The notes beneath the pieces are model-generated. The model was not told the origin of the DNA and did no database searches. It saw nothing but the letters and a program-made list of their open reading frames with translations. A stretch of 64,000 bases of DNA from an uncultured Alphaproteobacteria bacterium. GTDB taxonomy: Bacteria > Pseudomonadota > Alphaproteobacteria > Caulobacterales > Hyphomonadaceae. Positions 20,223 through 29,740 of this stretch are shown here, piece by piece. Numbering within the stretch: the first letter of the stretch is position 1; each line of letters opens with the position of its first letter. Position numbers and translations under genes: made by a program. Location: assembly GCA_963784415.1 (NCBI GenBank), contig CAWARK010000001.1, positions 10,335 to 74,334 of the forward strand, read 5' to 3'.

Positions 20223-20942
20223 CTAATGCACAGCCGCCGGTGGCGCCTGTCCCAGCGGGCAGTGCTCGCCGATCACCGTGCCGCCGAACCAGCCTGGGTT
20301 GCAGTCGTACACCTGGAGAATGCCGTCATACATCATGTGCAGCGCCACGAAGAGAATGATGGCGAGGCCGACATAGGCGATCCAGCGATGCTTGTGCAGC
20401 AGGCGCGCGATGAAGGTCGCGGCGACGCCCATCAGGATCACCGAGAGGCTGAGGCCGAAGATCAGGATGATCGGGCTGTGTCCGTTGGCGGCGCCAGCGA
20501 CGGCGAGCACGTTGTCGAGCGACATCGAGACATCGGCGACGATGATCTGGATGACGGCGTCGCGCAGCGACTTCTTCTTGCCGATGGGCTGGCCGCCAAT
20601 CTTGCCGTCACCGTCGAGATCCACGCCGGTGAGCGCTTCCTCGTCGAGTTGATGGGGCGTGCGCAGTTCGCGCCACATCTTCCAGCAAACCCAGAGAAGC
20701 AGCACGCCGCCTGCGAACAGCAGGCCGATCACCATCAGGAGCTGGGTCGCGACGAGCGCGAAACCGATGCGCAGCAGCGTCGCCGCCAGGATGCCGATCA
20801 GGATCGCCTTGCCGCGTGTCTCCTTGGGCAGGCCCGCCGCCGCAAGCCCGATGACCACGGCGTTGTCGCCCGCCAGCACCAGATCGATCATGATGATGGA
20901 GAAGAAGGCTGTCACCGTTTCCGGCGAAAACAGGTCGGGCAA
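20223..20942 (-). CDS. TerC/YjbE-family integral membrane protein
   Basis: Duplicated DNAVVIG / DNVLAVAG motifs (LAGDNAVVIGLAAAG, SMSLDNVLAVAGAA). TTG start preceded by GAGGAG. Confidence 0.85.
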   Translation of the reverse strand: MPDLFSPETVTAFFSIIMIDLVLAGDNAVVIGLAAAGLPKETRGKAILIGILAATLLRIGFALVATQLLMVIGLLFAGGVLLLWVCWKMWRELRTPHQLDEEALTGVDLDGDGKIGGQPIGKKKSLRDAVIQIIVADVSMSLDNVLAVAGAANGHSPIILIFGLSLSVILMGVAATFIARLLHKHRWIAYVGLAIILFVALHMMYDGILQVYDCNPGWFGGTVIGEHCPLGQAPPAAVH

Positions 20943-21090
20943 GACGAGGCTCCTCTGGCCGGGCGTGGGGACCGGCGACGCGCCACCATTACCGGCTTCA
21001 GCGCGTTTTCAAGTGGCTGCGTGATGATGTGGGGCGCAGAAGACAAAAACCTTTTGGCCTGCGCTGCGCCGCAGCAGCTTGTCCTGAATC

Positions 21091-21120
21091 AAAAAGCGCT
21101 CCCCCGTGAGGAGGAGCGCT
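21091..21120 (-). terminator. Rho-independent terminator after the 21143 gene
   Basis: Minus strand reads AGCGCTCC-tcctcacgg-GGAGCGCT followed by TTTTT. Confidence 0.65.
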
Positions 21121-21142
21121 CGATGATTACTTTGCAGTGTGG

Positions 21143-22242
21143 CTAGTTCTTCTTGGGCTTGCCCTTGGCAGGCTTGGTTGCCTTGGCGGCGGCTTCGCGG
21201 GCCGCTTCAGCTTCGATCTCACGCTCGCCGGAGAGAATGCCGGGCAGGGCGTGGTTGCCTTCATGGCAGGCGTATTCGAACAGCGGTGCGCCCAGCGGGT
21301 GGAATTCGTACTCGCCGCCCCACGGCTTCTCCCACATCGTCGGATCTTCGACGGAGAAGCTGTAGTACAGGCGGTCTGCCGCGGTACGCTTGAAGCGCTC
21401 GGTGACTTTCAGGTTTTCCCACGAGCCAGCGAACTGCTGCGAGCGCGGGATGTTGGTGGTTTCGACGACCAGCGTGTCGCCGTCCCACCAGCCGATCGAA
21501 TCGCCGAAGTACGGACGAAGGCCATCCGCACGGTGCTTGGCGTTCAGTTTCACGATGCGCGCGTCGTGGTTCATCTCGACGGTGATCGCCACGAAGTCCG
21601 GCGTCTGCACGATCTGATAATTGTTGTTGTAAAAGCCGTTCGCCAGCATCGGCGGTCCGCCATTGCGGCCGAACGAGACGATGCAACGCTCGCCAGCCGA
21701 GCGACGCTCATAGCTGTCGAACGCGCCGGAGCCCGGCGGCATCTGCGGGGCGGGGGCGACGGCAGCGCCCGGCTTGCGCGGCGGGAACTGGCCGTTCGGG
21801 GTGGTGAGAACCGAGGTGCGGCCTTCGCCGTCACGCGCATGACGTTGTTGCCCGGGTCGAGCCAGCCGCGGTTGTAGCCGCCGACGCCGCCGCCGGCCGC
21901 CTTGAATTCAGGGCGCTCGATGGTGGTCTTGGCGACAAAGGTGGCCGATGCGTTCGGGTCGGTCGGGGCGTCGCCCTCGGCGATCTCGATCTGCACGTCG
22001 TCTTCCAGCTTTTTCACTTCGGCTTCGGAATAGGCCAGCTTCTCGCCCAGCGCGGGCGGGCGGGTCAGCGGCGTGAGGGAGGCGTTGCTCCATACGCTCT
22101 GCATGTCAGGCTGGCCGAAGGACGTGCGCGGGGCCTTGTATTCTGCGGCGCCGGCAGCGGCCGGTGCGGGGGTCGTCTGGGCCTGGGCGAGGCCGCTGGT
22201 CGCAAGAGCGGTCCCGACGGCGAGGAAAAGAGCAAGTCTCAA
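21143..22242 (-). pseudogene. Secreted protein, recurrent family, paralogue 2; frame broken as sequenced (-1 near 21830)
   Basis: ORF 21571..22242 gives the signal MRLALFLAVGTALATSGLAQA and PDMQSVW. ORF 21143..21742 gives ERC, YNNNYQIVQTPDF, ARIVKLN, FGDSIGWWDGDTLVVET, VTERFKR, FSVEDPTMWEKPW and YACHEGNHAL. The junction is NNVMRV / DGEGRTSVLTTPNGQFP. 1100 nt is 3n+2. Confidence 0.8.
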
Positions 22243-22557
22243 GGCGGCCTCCGGTAGTTTCTATCTTACGCCACGTCATCGCGGCATGTCGGTCGTTCTA
22301 ATGTTAACCCGGGGGCCCCGGCAATGGTGCAACGGCCTGCCCTTTGGTCACATCTTCGCATGCTGGCGCGAGCGGAATGCGACCACGGAACCCACATTGT
22401 GGGCAAAACTGTCCCACGCCTTGACTTTAGGGCCGTAATCCTGTTTTTGCCCGCTTCCGCGCCCGAAAGGGCCGGACATTACGGATGATGCGTGTACCGC
22501 CGTTGAGATCGCGAGGGCCATAGGGGTCCCGCCGGGGCGCATCGAAGAAGAGGCACT

Positions 22558-23176
22558 ATGTCCAGGCGTCAGAACGCTAAGTACAAACTCGACCGCCGCG
22601 TTGGTGAAAACGTCTGGGGTCGTCCCAAGTCCCCGATCAACAAGCGCCAGTCCCGCCCCGGCCAGCACGGCGCCCGCCGCGCCAACAAGCCGTCGGATTT
22701 CGGCATCCAGCTGATGGCCAAGCAGAAGCTCAAGGGCTTCTACGGCGACATCACGGAAAAACAGTTCCGCAAGACCTATGAAGAGGCCTCGCGCCGCGTC
22801 GGCAACACCGCCGAGCTGCTGGTCGGCCTCCTCGAGTCGCGCCTCGACACGGTTGTGTACCGCTCGAAGTTCGTGCCCGACGATCTTCGCGGCCCGCCAG
22901 TTCGTGAACCACGGCCACGTCACGCTGAACGGCAAGAAAGCCAACATCGCCTCGATGATGGTGAAGCCGGGCGACATCGTCCAGGTCCGCGAGCGTTCGC
23001 GCAACATGGCGCTGGTGATCGAAGCCATGGGCTCGGCCGAGCGTGAAGTTCCGGAATACATCGAAGTCGACCAGAAAGCCGGCACGGCGAAATTCGTCCG
23101 CATGCCCGCCCTGTCGGACATCCCGTACGCCGCGCGTATGGAACCGAACCTCGTGGTCGAATTCTACTCGTCGTAA
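22558..23176 (+). pseudogene. rpsD: 30S ribosomal protein S4; frame broken as sequenced (extra C in the CCC run 22876-22878), almost certainly a sequence error
   Basis: ORF 22558..23046 matches S4 up to ...[15 protein letters not shown] 22778..23176 continues [34 protein letters not shown]...NLVVEFYSS. 619 nt is 3n+1. Confidence 0.93.
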
Positions 23177-23202
23177 GACGCGCCAATCCAAGAACACTAG
23201 AG

Positions 23203-23236
23203 AGGGCGGCCTGGAAACGGGCCGCCCTTTCGCTTT
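23203..23236 (+). terminator. Rho-independent terminator after rpsD
   Basis: AGGGCGGCC-tggaaacg-GGCCGCCCT followed by TTCGCTTTG. Confidence 0.7.
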
Positions 23237-23304
23237 GTGGCGCTGCAGTCCCGTGTTGGCCGAAATCGCGTCGCTGATAATCTCGCGTGATACGAGGGAC
23301 GGTG

Positions 23305-23862
23305 ATGCCGAGACGTTTGGTTGCACTTTTGGTCGCTGCTTTGCTTTCAGCAAACGCCACAGCCCAATCACCATCCGGCGACGGGAGGCTGATGGGAAAG
23401 GGCTTCATTGGGCCTGTGAAGCAGGGGTGGACGCTCGCCGACTTCCTCTCGCTGAATCGCCCGGTTGAAAAGCGCGATGCATTCATGGAGACCGAGCCGC
23501 TTCATGTCTACACAATGAAAATGGACGACCAGAGCGCCATTTCGCTTTTTGTGTGGGCAGACAACGACGACGCCTTTGAAGTCAGCACAAGCTCCCCGGG
23601 CTTCGTAACAAAGGAAGGCGCACGCGTTGGCGATACGCTTGCAACGCTACGCAAGATCTATCCAAAAGGACAGTTTTCCAAAGGATCCGAGGAAGGTCCC
23701 TGGATGTCATTCAGACCATACGGTCCCGTATCCGTCCGCAAAGACAACCTGTCTTTCGAATTTGATACCCATAGCATTTCCTACGAGTGCCTAGCCAACG
23801 ATCGTGGCTGTCCTGATTTTTCCGAGATGAAATCGCAGAGCGCGGAAATTCATTGGTGGTAA
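23305..23862 (+). CDS. Secreted hypothetical protein (paralogue of 24551..25102)
   Basis: Signal MPRRLVALLVAALLSANATAQ. Shared blocks are LMGKGFIGPV(K/Q)(Q/R)GWTLADFLSL, HVYT.K.D, WADND and CPDFS.MKSQ. G+C is visibly lower than the surroundings. Confidence 0.7.
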   Translation: MPRRLVALLVAALLSANATAQSPSGDGRLMGKGFIGPVKQGWTLADFLSLNRPVEKRDAFMETEPLHVYTMKMDDQSAISLFVWADNDDAFEVSTSSPGFVTKEGARVGDTLATLRKIYPKGQFSKGSEEGPWMSFRPYGPVSVRKDNLSFEFDTHSISYECLANDRGCPDFSEMKSQSAEIHWW

Positions 23863-23884
23863 CTGTTTGCACCGCAAGGAAGTG

Positions 23885-24394
23885 TCAGGGCGTCTTTGCG
23901 AGCTGCCGTTCGTAGTCTGCACTATCGAAGCTGCCGATTGATTCCGCCACCAGTCCATCGGCGCCGAACTTCCAGGACTCGCGGCCGCTGATTTTTACGG
24001 GTGCGCCCGTGCCGCCCGGGCCTGTATTCTTCCCGGTCAGTGTCCATTCGAAGATTGTGCGATCGCCTTCGTCATGGGTCCGGTCGTTGGTGACGCGCAG
24101 GTCGGGAAAAGCGGTCATGAAGCCTTGCGCCGATGCCGTGATGGCCTCGCGCCCGACGGACGGCGCGCCGTCATTGATCTTGAGTGAACCAGCCTCCGAG
24201 AAGAAGGACGCTACGCTGACGGCGTTCTGGCTCGACCACGCTTCGGCGTAACGGTTTGCAAAGTCCTGTCGATCTGATGGCATGGCGGCCTCTTGAACGA
24301 TCGGCGTTGGCGGCGGAGGTTCGGCGGCGGGCGTACAGCCGCCAAAGGTGACGACGACAGACAAAGCGATGCCGACGAGCGGAAGCTTCAACAT
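23885..24394 (-). CDS. SnoaL-like (NTF2-fold) lipoprotein
   Basis: Lipoprotein signal MLKLPLVGIALSVVVTFGGC. The mature part resembles ester-cyclase/SnoaL-like polyketide cyclase domains (FANRYAEAWSSQN...FPDLRV...). Confidence 0.65.
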   Translation of the reverse strand: MLKLPLVGIALSVVVTFGGCTPAAEPPPPTPIVQEAAMPSDRQDFANRYAEAWSSQNAVSVASFFSEAGSLKINDGAPSVGREAITASAQGFMTAFPDLRVTNDRTHDEGDRTIFEWTLTGKNTGPGGTGAPVKISGRESWKFGADGLVAESIGSFDSADYERQLAKTP

Positions 24395-24550
24395 TCGTGT
24401 TCCTCTTGTCGGATCACGCTTCCACCCGTGCGCATGAAAGTCAATTTGGTCCGCCTCCCGCGAATTTTCGATCTTTCGGATTCAGGGGCTGCGTGTCCGC
24501 ATTGCCGCCCTTGGGTCTCCTGTTAGTCTTGTGATGTCGGGGAGAGGGGC

Positions 24551-25102
24551 ATGCTCAAACAGATCCTACTTGCAGCCATGTTGCTGGCGGCCAGCCCGGC
24601 CGTTGCGCAGCCGGCCGCGCCTGGTCCGCTCCTGATGGGAAAAGGCTTCATCGGCCCCGTGCAGCGCGGATGGACGCTGGCCGATTTTCTTTCGCTCGGT
24701 TTACCGTTGGAGAGGAAAGATGGGCTGCTCGAAACCGAACGTCTCCACGTCTACACAGCGAAACTCGACAATCAGTATTCGATTTCGTTGACTGTCTGGG
24801 CAGATAACGATGGTTCGATATCCGTCAGCTCCAGATCGCCGGCATTCGTTACCCGCGAAGGCGCGCATGTAGGGTCCACGCTTGCAGAGCTTCGCAGGAC
24901 TTATCCGCGTGGCGAATTCTCGAAGGATGTTGGGGAGGCGCCCTGGCTCGTCTTCTTGCCCTTTGGGCGTAGCGGCGGGTCCAACAGCAACCTGACTTTC
25001 TACTTTGATACGACAGGAATCCCTTACGAGTGCTTCGAATCCGATCGCAATTGCCCCGATTTCTCCAGCATGAAATCGCAGGAGGTGATGCTGGAATGGT
25101 GA
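24551..25102 (+). CDS. Secreted hypothetical protein (paralogue of 23305..23862)
   Basis: Signal MLKQILLAAMLLAASPAVAQ and the same conserved blocks as 23305..23862. Confidence 0.75.
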   Translation: MLKQILLAAMLLAASPAVAQPAAPGPLLMGKGFIGPVQRGWTLADFLSLGLPLERKDGLLETERLHVYTAKLDNQYSISLTVWADNDGSISVSSRSPAFVTREGAHVGSTLAELRRTYPRGEFSKDVGEAPWLVFLPFGRSGGSNSNLTFYFDTTGIPYECFESDRNCPDFSSMKSQEVMLEW

Positions 25103-25178
25103 GGCGTTCGCCCATCAGGCGAACGCAAGACGCGCGCCAATCCCGCGCTAGCCTTGCTTCAAGCCGCAGGAGCGCCCC

Positions 25179-26015
25179 ATGTCCAATGCCCCTTCAATCG
25201 AAGACGTTCGCGCGGCGACCATTGTCGAGCCGAAGAAGGCGAAGGCCTTCACGCTGAAGGGTAGCGACACGCGGGGCGAGAAGCTGTTCGACTCCAAGAA
25301 GGACGCCAAGGCGTCTCTTGAGGAAGATGCGCTCGCCATCAACGATCTGCAGGACGCGTTGTTCGCCGGCAAGTCCGGCGCGCTGCTGGTCGTGCTGCAG
25401 GGCATCGACACGTCGGGCAAGGACGGCGTCGCCAAGGAAACCTTCCACTACACCAGCCCGCTCGGCGTCAATGTTTTTGCCTATGGCAAGCCGACCGAGG
25501 AAGAACTCGCGCACGACTATCTCTGGCGGCTGCACAAGCAGACACCGAAGAAGGGCTACATCCACGTCTTCAACCGCTCGCAGTACGAAGACGTGCTCGT
25601 GGTGAAGGTGCGCAATCTCGCCCCTGCCAAGCAGGTCGAGCAGCGCTATGACCAGATCAACGCCTTCGAAAAGATGCTCACCGAGAACGGCACGCGCGTG
25701 CTGAAACTGATGCTGAATATCTCGAAGGAGGAGCAGGGCGAGCGCCTGCGCGAGCGTCTCGAAGTTCCGGAGAAGCGCTGGAAGTTCAACCCCAGCGACC
25801 TTGAGGACCGCAAGCTGTGGGACGAGTACCAGCTCGCCTACGACACGGTGCTGCAGCGCTGCTCGACGTCCCACGCGCCCTGGCATGTGATTCCGGCCGA
25901 CAGCCGCTCCCGCCGCGACGCCGTCGCCGCGCGCCTCATCCGCGGGGAGCTGGAAGCGATGAAACCGGCCTATCCGGACCCCGGTTATCGCCTCGACCAA
26001 TTCCAGATCGACTAG
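25179..26015 (+). CDS. ppk2: Polyphosphate kinase 2 family (polyphosphate:nucleotide phosphotransferase)
   Basis: Single PPK2 domain with Walker A-like GIDTSGKDG plus YLWRLHKQTPKKG, FNRSQYEDVLVVKV and WHVIPADSRSRRD. AGGAG lies 6 nt upstream of the ATG. Confidence 0.9.
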   Translation: MSNAPSIEDVRAATIVEPKKAKAFTLKGSDTRGEKLFDSKKDAKASLEEDALAINDLQDALFAGKSGALLVVLQGIDTSGKDGVAKETFHYTSPLGVNVFAYGKPTEEELAHDYLWRLHKQTPKKGYIHVFNRSQYEDVLVVKVRNLAPAKQVEQRYDQINAFEKMLTENGTRVLKLMLNISKEEQGERLRERLEVPEKRWKFNPSDLEDRKLWDEYQLAYDTVLQRCSTSHAPWHVIPADSRSRRDAVAARLIRGELEAMKPAYPDPGYRLDQFQID

Positions 26016-26380
26016 GCCAATTTTACCCAATTTGGGGAATGGTCGCCCCAGGCCGTTTCGATGACACTGACGGTGTTGGCGAGGACCTCGGGACGGGCCC
26101 ATCTCGCCGTTGATCGCGTGCTCGCTGCGAAAGCGGTGCGCCTCAAAACGAGTCGGGGGCGCTGGTTGCCCAGCGCCCCCTCCATCTCCGACCCAGGGTT
26201 GGGGGACGGGCCGAAGACATGGCGTTATTTGCGCCCAAACCTTGTTTCGTCAAGCAAACATGGCGGGCTGTTAACAAGTACCGGTGCCCGTAAATGCTGG
26301 GGTTTTCTTGCTATCAGCACGAAGCGCGGCGGTATGACGCGTGCGGTAACTGTATTTGCAGAGCCGATCCGTAGGCCCCT

Positions 26381-27502
26381 ATGATCTGCGCAATTCATGG
26401 CTGTCCGCAGGGGTACTCGTTCGTGAGCGTTGCCGCAGCCGAAGCGCTGATTGATGCATCGGGATATGAGCCCCAGCAGATACCAGCTGCGATGGGCGCC
26501 GCTGCTCGCATGCTCGGGTTCGACTACTTCTGCCTGGTCAGCTCCAACCTCGATCGCCCGACCTTCATCCTGCCGGAAGAACAGGGCGAGGGCATTGGCC
26601 TCTACTTCAAGGACGGCTGGGACAAGGTCGATTATCGCGCGCGTCTCGAACGTCCGCTGCCGCTGAACACGGTCTTCCTCGATCATCGCGCGGTGGCGGA
26701 AGAAGAGCGGATCAAATCCGAGATCTACAACGAGCTCTTCCGGCCATGGCGCATGGCCTATTATGCCGGCATCCGCTTCCCGCTTGGCGATGACGAAGAG
26801 TGGTTCTGCTTTGTCGCGCGCAGCGAAGAGGGCGGCGGCATCGAGGGGCGCGATGTCAGCAACTTCAAGCGCATCGCAAAATCGGCGATGAGCGCTGCGA
26901 CGCTTGCCGCGCACACGGAAGACGCGCGCGCTCGTGGGATCGTCGAGGGGCTTGAGGCGGGCCGCGTCGCCGCCGTCATCCTCGACCAGCACGGCCGCGT
27001 CAGCTCCGTCACGCCAGCCGCCGAGGCGATGTTCGATCAGACCTTCACAATCCGCGACCGCATGCTGTGGTCAGCCAGCGAAGACGAACGGCACAATCTC
27101 GAGCGGCTTGCCTGGCAAGCCCGCAATCGCTCGGCCGCGATCGTCGCGCGCACGTTTGTTGTCCGCACGGCCGGACCCGGCCGTCCCGTGCAGGTCGAAG
27201 TGTCGGGCGTGTGTGGCGCCGGCCTTGATGGTCTGCCGGGTGCGCGCCTGTTGCTGGTGTTTCACGAACTTGGCGCCTCGGATGCGTCACTCGCTGCTGA
27301 CCTCACGGCCCGCTACGAGCTGACCACTTCCGAGGCCGACGTCGCCGTACTGTTCGGCGAAGGGCTCACGATTCCGCAGATCGCCGTTCGTCGCCGCGTC
27401 GCTGAAGGAACAATCCGTGAGCAGATGAAGACGATCTATCGCAAGACCGGCGCGCACCGTCAGGTCGACCTTCTCCGGCTCATCAACGGCATGCGCCGAT
27501 AG
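26381..27502 (+). CDS. LuxR/GerE-family transcriptional regulator with a long N-terminal sensor region
   Basis: C-terminal HTH LTTSEADVAVLFGEGLTIPQIAVRRRVAEGTIREQMKTIYRKTG. The N-terminal region (GFDYFCLV...) is loosely autoinducer-binding-like. The start codon is uncertain. Confidence 0.75.
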   Translation: MICAIHGCPQGYSFVSVAAAEALIDASGYEPQQIPAAMGAAARMLGFDYFCLVSSNLDRPTFILPEEQGEGIGLYFKDGWDKVDYRARLERPLPLNTVFLDHRAVAEEERIKSEIYNELFRPWRMAYYAGIRFPLGDDEEWFCFVARSEEGGGIEGRDVSNFKRIAKSAMSAATLAAHTEDARARGIVEGLEAGRVAAVILDQHGRVSSVTPAAEAMFDQTFTIRDRMLWSASEDERHNLERLAWQARNRSAAIVARTFVVRTAGPGRPVQVEVSGVCGAGLDGLPGARLLLVFHELGASDASLAADLTARYELTTSEADVAVLFGEGLTIPQIAVRRRVAEGTIREQMKTIYRKTGAHRQVDLLRLINGMRR

Positions 27503-27557
27503 GGCCGCCGGGTCGCGAATTTTCGTCCAGCTAAATCCCCCGTTCATCCAAGGTTCA

Positions 27558-27572
27558 TATCGAATATCGATA
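27558..27572. promoter_or_regulatory. Inverted repeat TATCGA-ata-TCGATA, 36 nt upstream of ATG 27608
   Basis: Read directly from the sequence. A 14/15-identical copy lies at 29611-29625. Confidence 0.4.
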
Positions 27573-27607
27573 ATAACCCTTGCTAGATCAAACAGGGGTC
27601 CACGGAC

Positions 27608-27982
27608 ATGACAAAACTCGCCTTCATCGCCGCTTCCGGCATTGCCGCCGCCATGCTCGGAGGCTGCGTGATCGTCGATGCAGACGTCCGCGACTCGGAC
27701 TGGGACCGCAGCGACTATGGCAATCTCTACGGCGCTGAAGTCAGCCCGAACGTTGGCGAGGTGACCATCGTCGCGCGCTCCAACGGCTGCACGCAGAAGG
27801 AAGACTTCCGCTTCGTCGTACGCGACCGCGGCGAGGACACGTTCGACATCGGCTTCCGCCGCGAGCGTCCCGACAACTGCAAGGCGCTCGTGCCGGAAGG
27901 CCGCCGCATGACGTGGACCTATGCCGAGCTCGGCGTGCCGCGCAACGCCAACCTCTACGTTCTCAACCCCGTGGGCCGCTGA
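27608..27982 (+). CDS. Small lipoprotein of unknown function
   Basis: Lipobox MTKLAFIAASGIAAAMLGGC. 124 aa with GC3-rich codons. Confidence 0.65.
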   Translation: MTKLAFIAASGIAAAMLGGCVIVDADVRDSDWDRSDYGNLYGAEVSPNVGEVTIVARSNGCTQKEDFRFVVRDRGEDTFDIGFRRERPDNCKALVPEGRRMTWTYAELGVPRNANLYVLNPVGR

Positions 27983-28131
27983 CACCAGATGGTTCGAGGG
28001 GCAGGCTCGTCTCGCCAGCGTAGCGAGACCCAGGACCACCCAGCCCGGTAGATCGTCCCCAACAAGAGACGACGCCACCCTGGATCCCGCTTCGGCCCCC
28101 ATCCGAAGCGGGATGAGCTTTTGTGGGCGTA

Positions 28132-28840
28132 CTACTTCGCGTCGACGCTGACGTCGCCGCCGGACGACTCGTTCCTGTTCACCGTCGCGGGCGAACCGAT
28201 GAAGCGGATGTCTCCTCCGCTCGACGCATCGCCATTCGCCACCATGCTGGCGCGGACGTCGATGTCGCCGCCGCCGGAGGCCGATGCGGTGACATTGGCG
28301 CAGTCGAGATCAGAGCCGTTGAAGTCGCCGCCGCCCGCCGTCGTGATCGTCGCCGTGACGCATGTGCCAGCGGCATCAATGTCGCCACCGCCAGACGATG
28401 ACGCACTCAGCGTCGTCACCTTGAGGCCCTTGAGGTCGAGATCCCCACCGCCAGATGCGGACAGCGACAGCGTTTCCGCCTGCAGCCCGTTGGCTTCGAG
28501 GTCGGCGCCGCCGGATGCGCTGATGTCTTTGATGCCAGGCGCAGACACGTTCACCACGTAATGGCCATTGCCGCCGAACCAGGTCATTTCCGACTTGCGG
28601 CTGAGCTTCAGTTCGCTGCCGTTCTGCTCGATGATGATCTTGTCGAGATTGCCTTCCGGCGCCTCGGCCTTCACCGAGAACGGTCCTTGCGAGAGCACGA
28701 CATTGATGCCGCTGGCGGCGTGAACGCTGTCGAAGCCCGTATTGTTATAGGCTGCGCGTTTCAGTCGGCCCGCCGACGATGATGCAACCGCCCATGGCCG
28801 ACATCGCGGCCACGGGCAGGATCCAGGAAATCCTTTTCAT
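28132..28840 (-). pseudogene. DUF2807 / head-GIN-domain lipoprotein; frame broken as sequenced (+1 near 28769-28771)
   Basis: Lipoprotein start MKRISWILPVAAMSAMGGC sits in one frame (tail of ORF 28745..29017). The body is ORF 28132..28698, with repeated SGGGD(I/L)(D/N) beta-solenoid units. The junction is CIIVGG / RLKRAAYNNTGFDSVHAASGINVVLSQGPFSV. 709 nt is 3n+1. Confidence 0.75.
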
Positions 28841-28851
28841 TGCTGATGCTC

Positions 28852-29505
28852 CTAGCGCGCCGAAACCGAACCGCCGCTGGACGAGTCCTCGTGGAACTGC
28901 GCCGGCGATCCGTGGAAGGTCACGCTGGCGCCGGAAGATGCGCTGCCATCGGCCTCTTGAGATGCGAACGCATCGGCGCTGGCGCCCGAGGACGCATCGA
29001 CCTTGGCCGAACCGCACTTCAGGCCTTCACCATCAAACCTTGCGCCCGACGAGATGTCGACATCGAGCTTGCCGCACGATCCGCCCAGCGATGCATGGGC
29101 GCCCGACGATACGCTGACGTCCACGTCCTGCAGGGACAGGTTCGCGCCATCGAGGCTTGCGCCCGAGGACACGTCAAACGCGCGATAGGCGGGCGCCACC
29201 ACTGTCACGCGGTATTCCGGACCGCCGCCGCCGAACAGTTGCATCTGGCGGCTGATGTGCAGCGTGTCGCCCTTCACCTCGACGATCAGGTTGTCGAAGT
29301 TCTCGCCGCGCTTGATCTCGCCTTTCACGTCGAACGGACCCTGGCTGACGACGGCTTCGACGCCGGCCGAGACGTCAACGCGTGTGAAGTTGGTGTACGA
29401 GCCGCGCAGGGCTTCCTTGTAGGGCTCGCCGCTGGCCATGCCGACAACGCAGCCGGCGAGGGGAGCAGCAAGAAGAGCGGGGAGGACGATCAGACAGCGG
29501 TGCAT
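28852..29505 (-). CDS. DUF2807 / head-GIN-domain lipoprotein
   Basis: Lipoprotein signal MHRCLIVLPALLAAPLAGC, then FTRVDVSAGVEAVVSQGPFDV and repeated SSGA units. It is a tandem paralogue of 28132..28840. Confidence 0.8.
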   Translation of the reverse strand: MHRCLIVLPALLAAPLAGCVVGMASGEPYKEALRGSYTNFTRVDVSAGVEAVVSQGPFDVKGEIKRGENFDNLIVEVKGDTLHISRQMQLFGGGGPEYRVTVVAPAYRAFDVSSGASLDGANLSLQDVDVSVSSGAHASLGGSCGKLDVDISSGARFDGEGLKCGSAKVDASSGASADAFASQEADGSASSGASVTFHGSPAQFHEDSSSGGSVSAR

Positions 29506-29610
29506 GGAGTTTGCCCTTGTTATGTTTTTGCTTTTTTCTCGCAACCGCGCAGGGCCGGGCATTGCGCCTCTGACCCCTCGTCGGCAGCAACTCCTTAATA
29601 GCTTAAGTGA

Positions 29611-29625
29611 TATCGAATATCAATA
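29611..29625. promoter_or_regulatory. Second copy of the motif (TATCGA-ata-TCAATA) between divergent genes 29505(-) and 29741(+)
   Basis: Read directly from the sequence; 14/15 identical to 27558-27572. Confidence 0.35.
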
Positions 29626-29740
29626 AGGTCGAGCGATCGCCAAACCCTCACCGATCGCGCTTCGGGCGACTGGTCGGTCCATGGACGCTCCGTTCCAACT
29701 TCGCCAAGGTGGCGCGGGACGCATTGAGGAGGGGATACTC

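Noticed and set aside
20943-21090. Possible yybP-ykoY (Mn) riboswitch in the TerC-family gene leader
   Set aside because: The minus-strand leader lacks the conserved GGGGAGUAG and GACA-type cores, so I found no support by eye.
22243-22557. Structured r-protein (S4) autoregulatory leader upstream of rpsD
   Set aside because: The 315-nt spacer has hairpins, but I could not match it to a known leader motif, and the promoter hexamers have wrong spacing. There is not enough evidence to report it as a feature.
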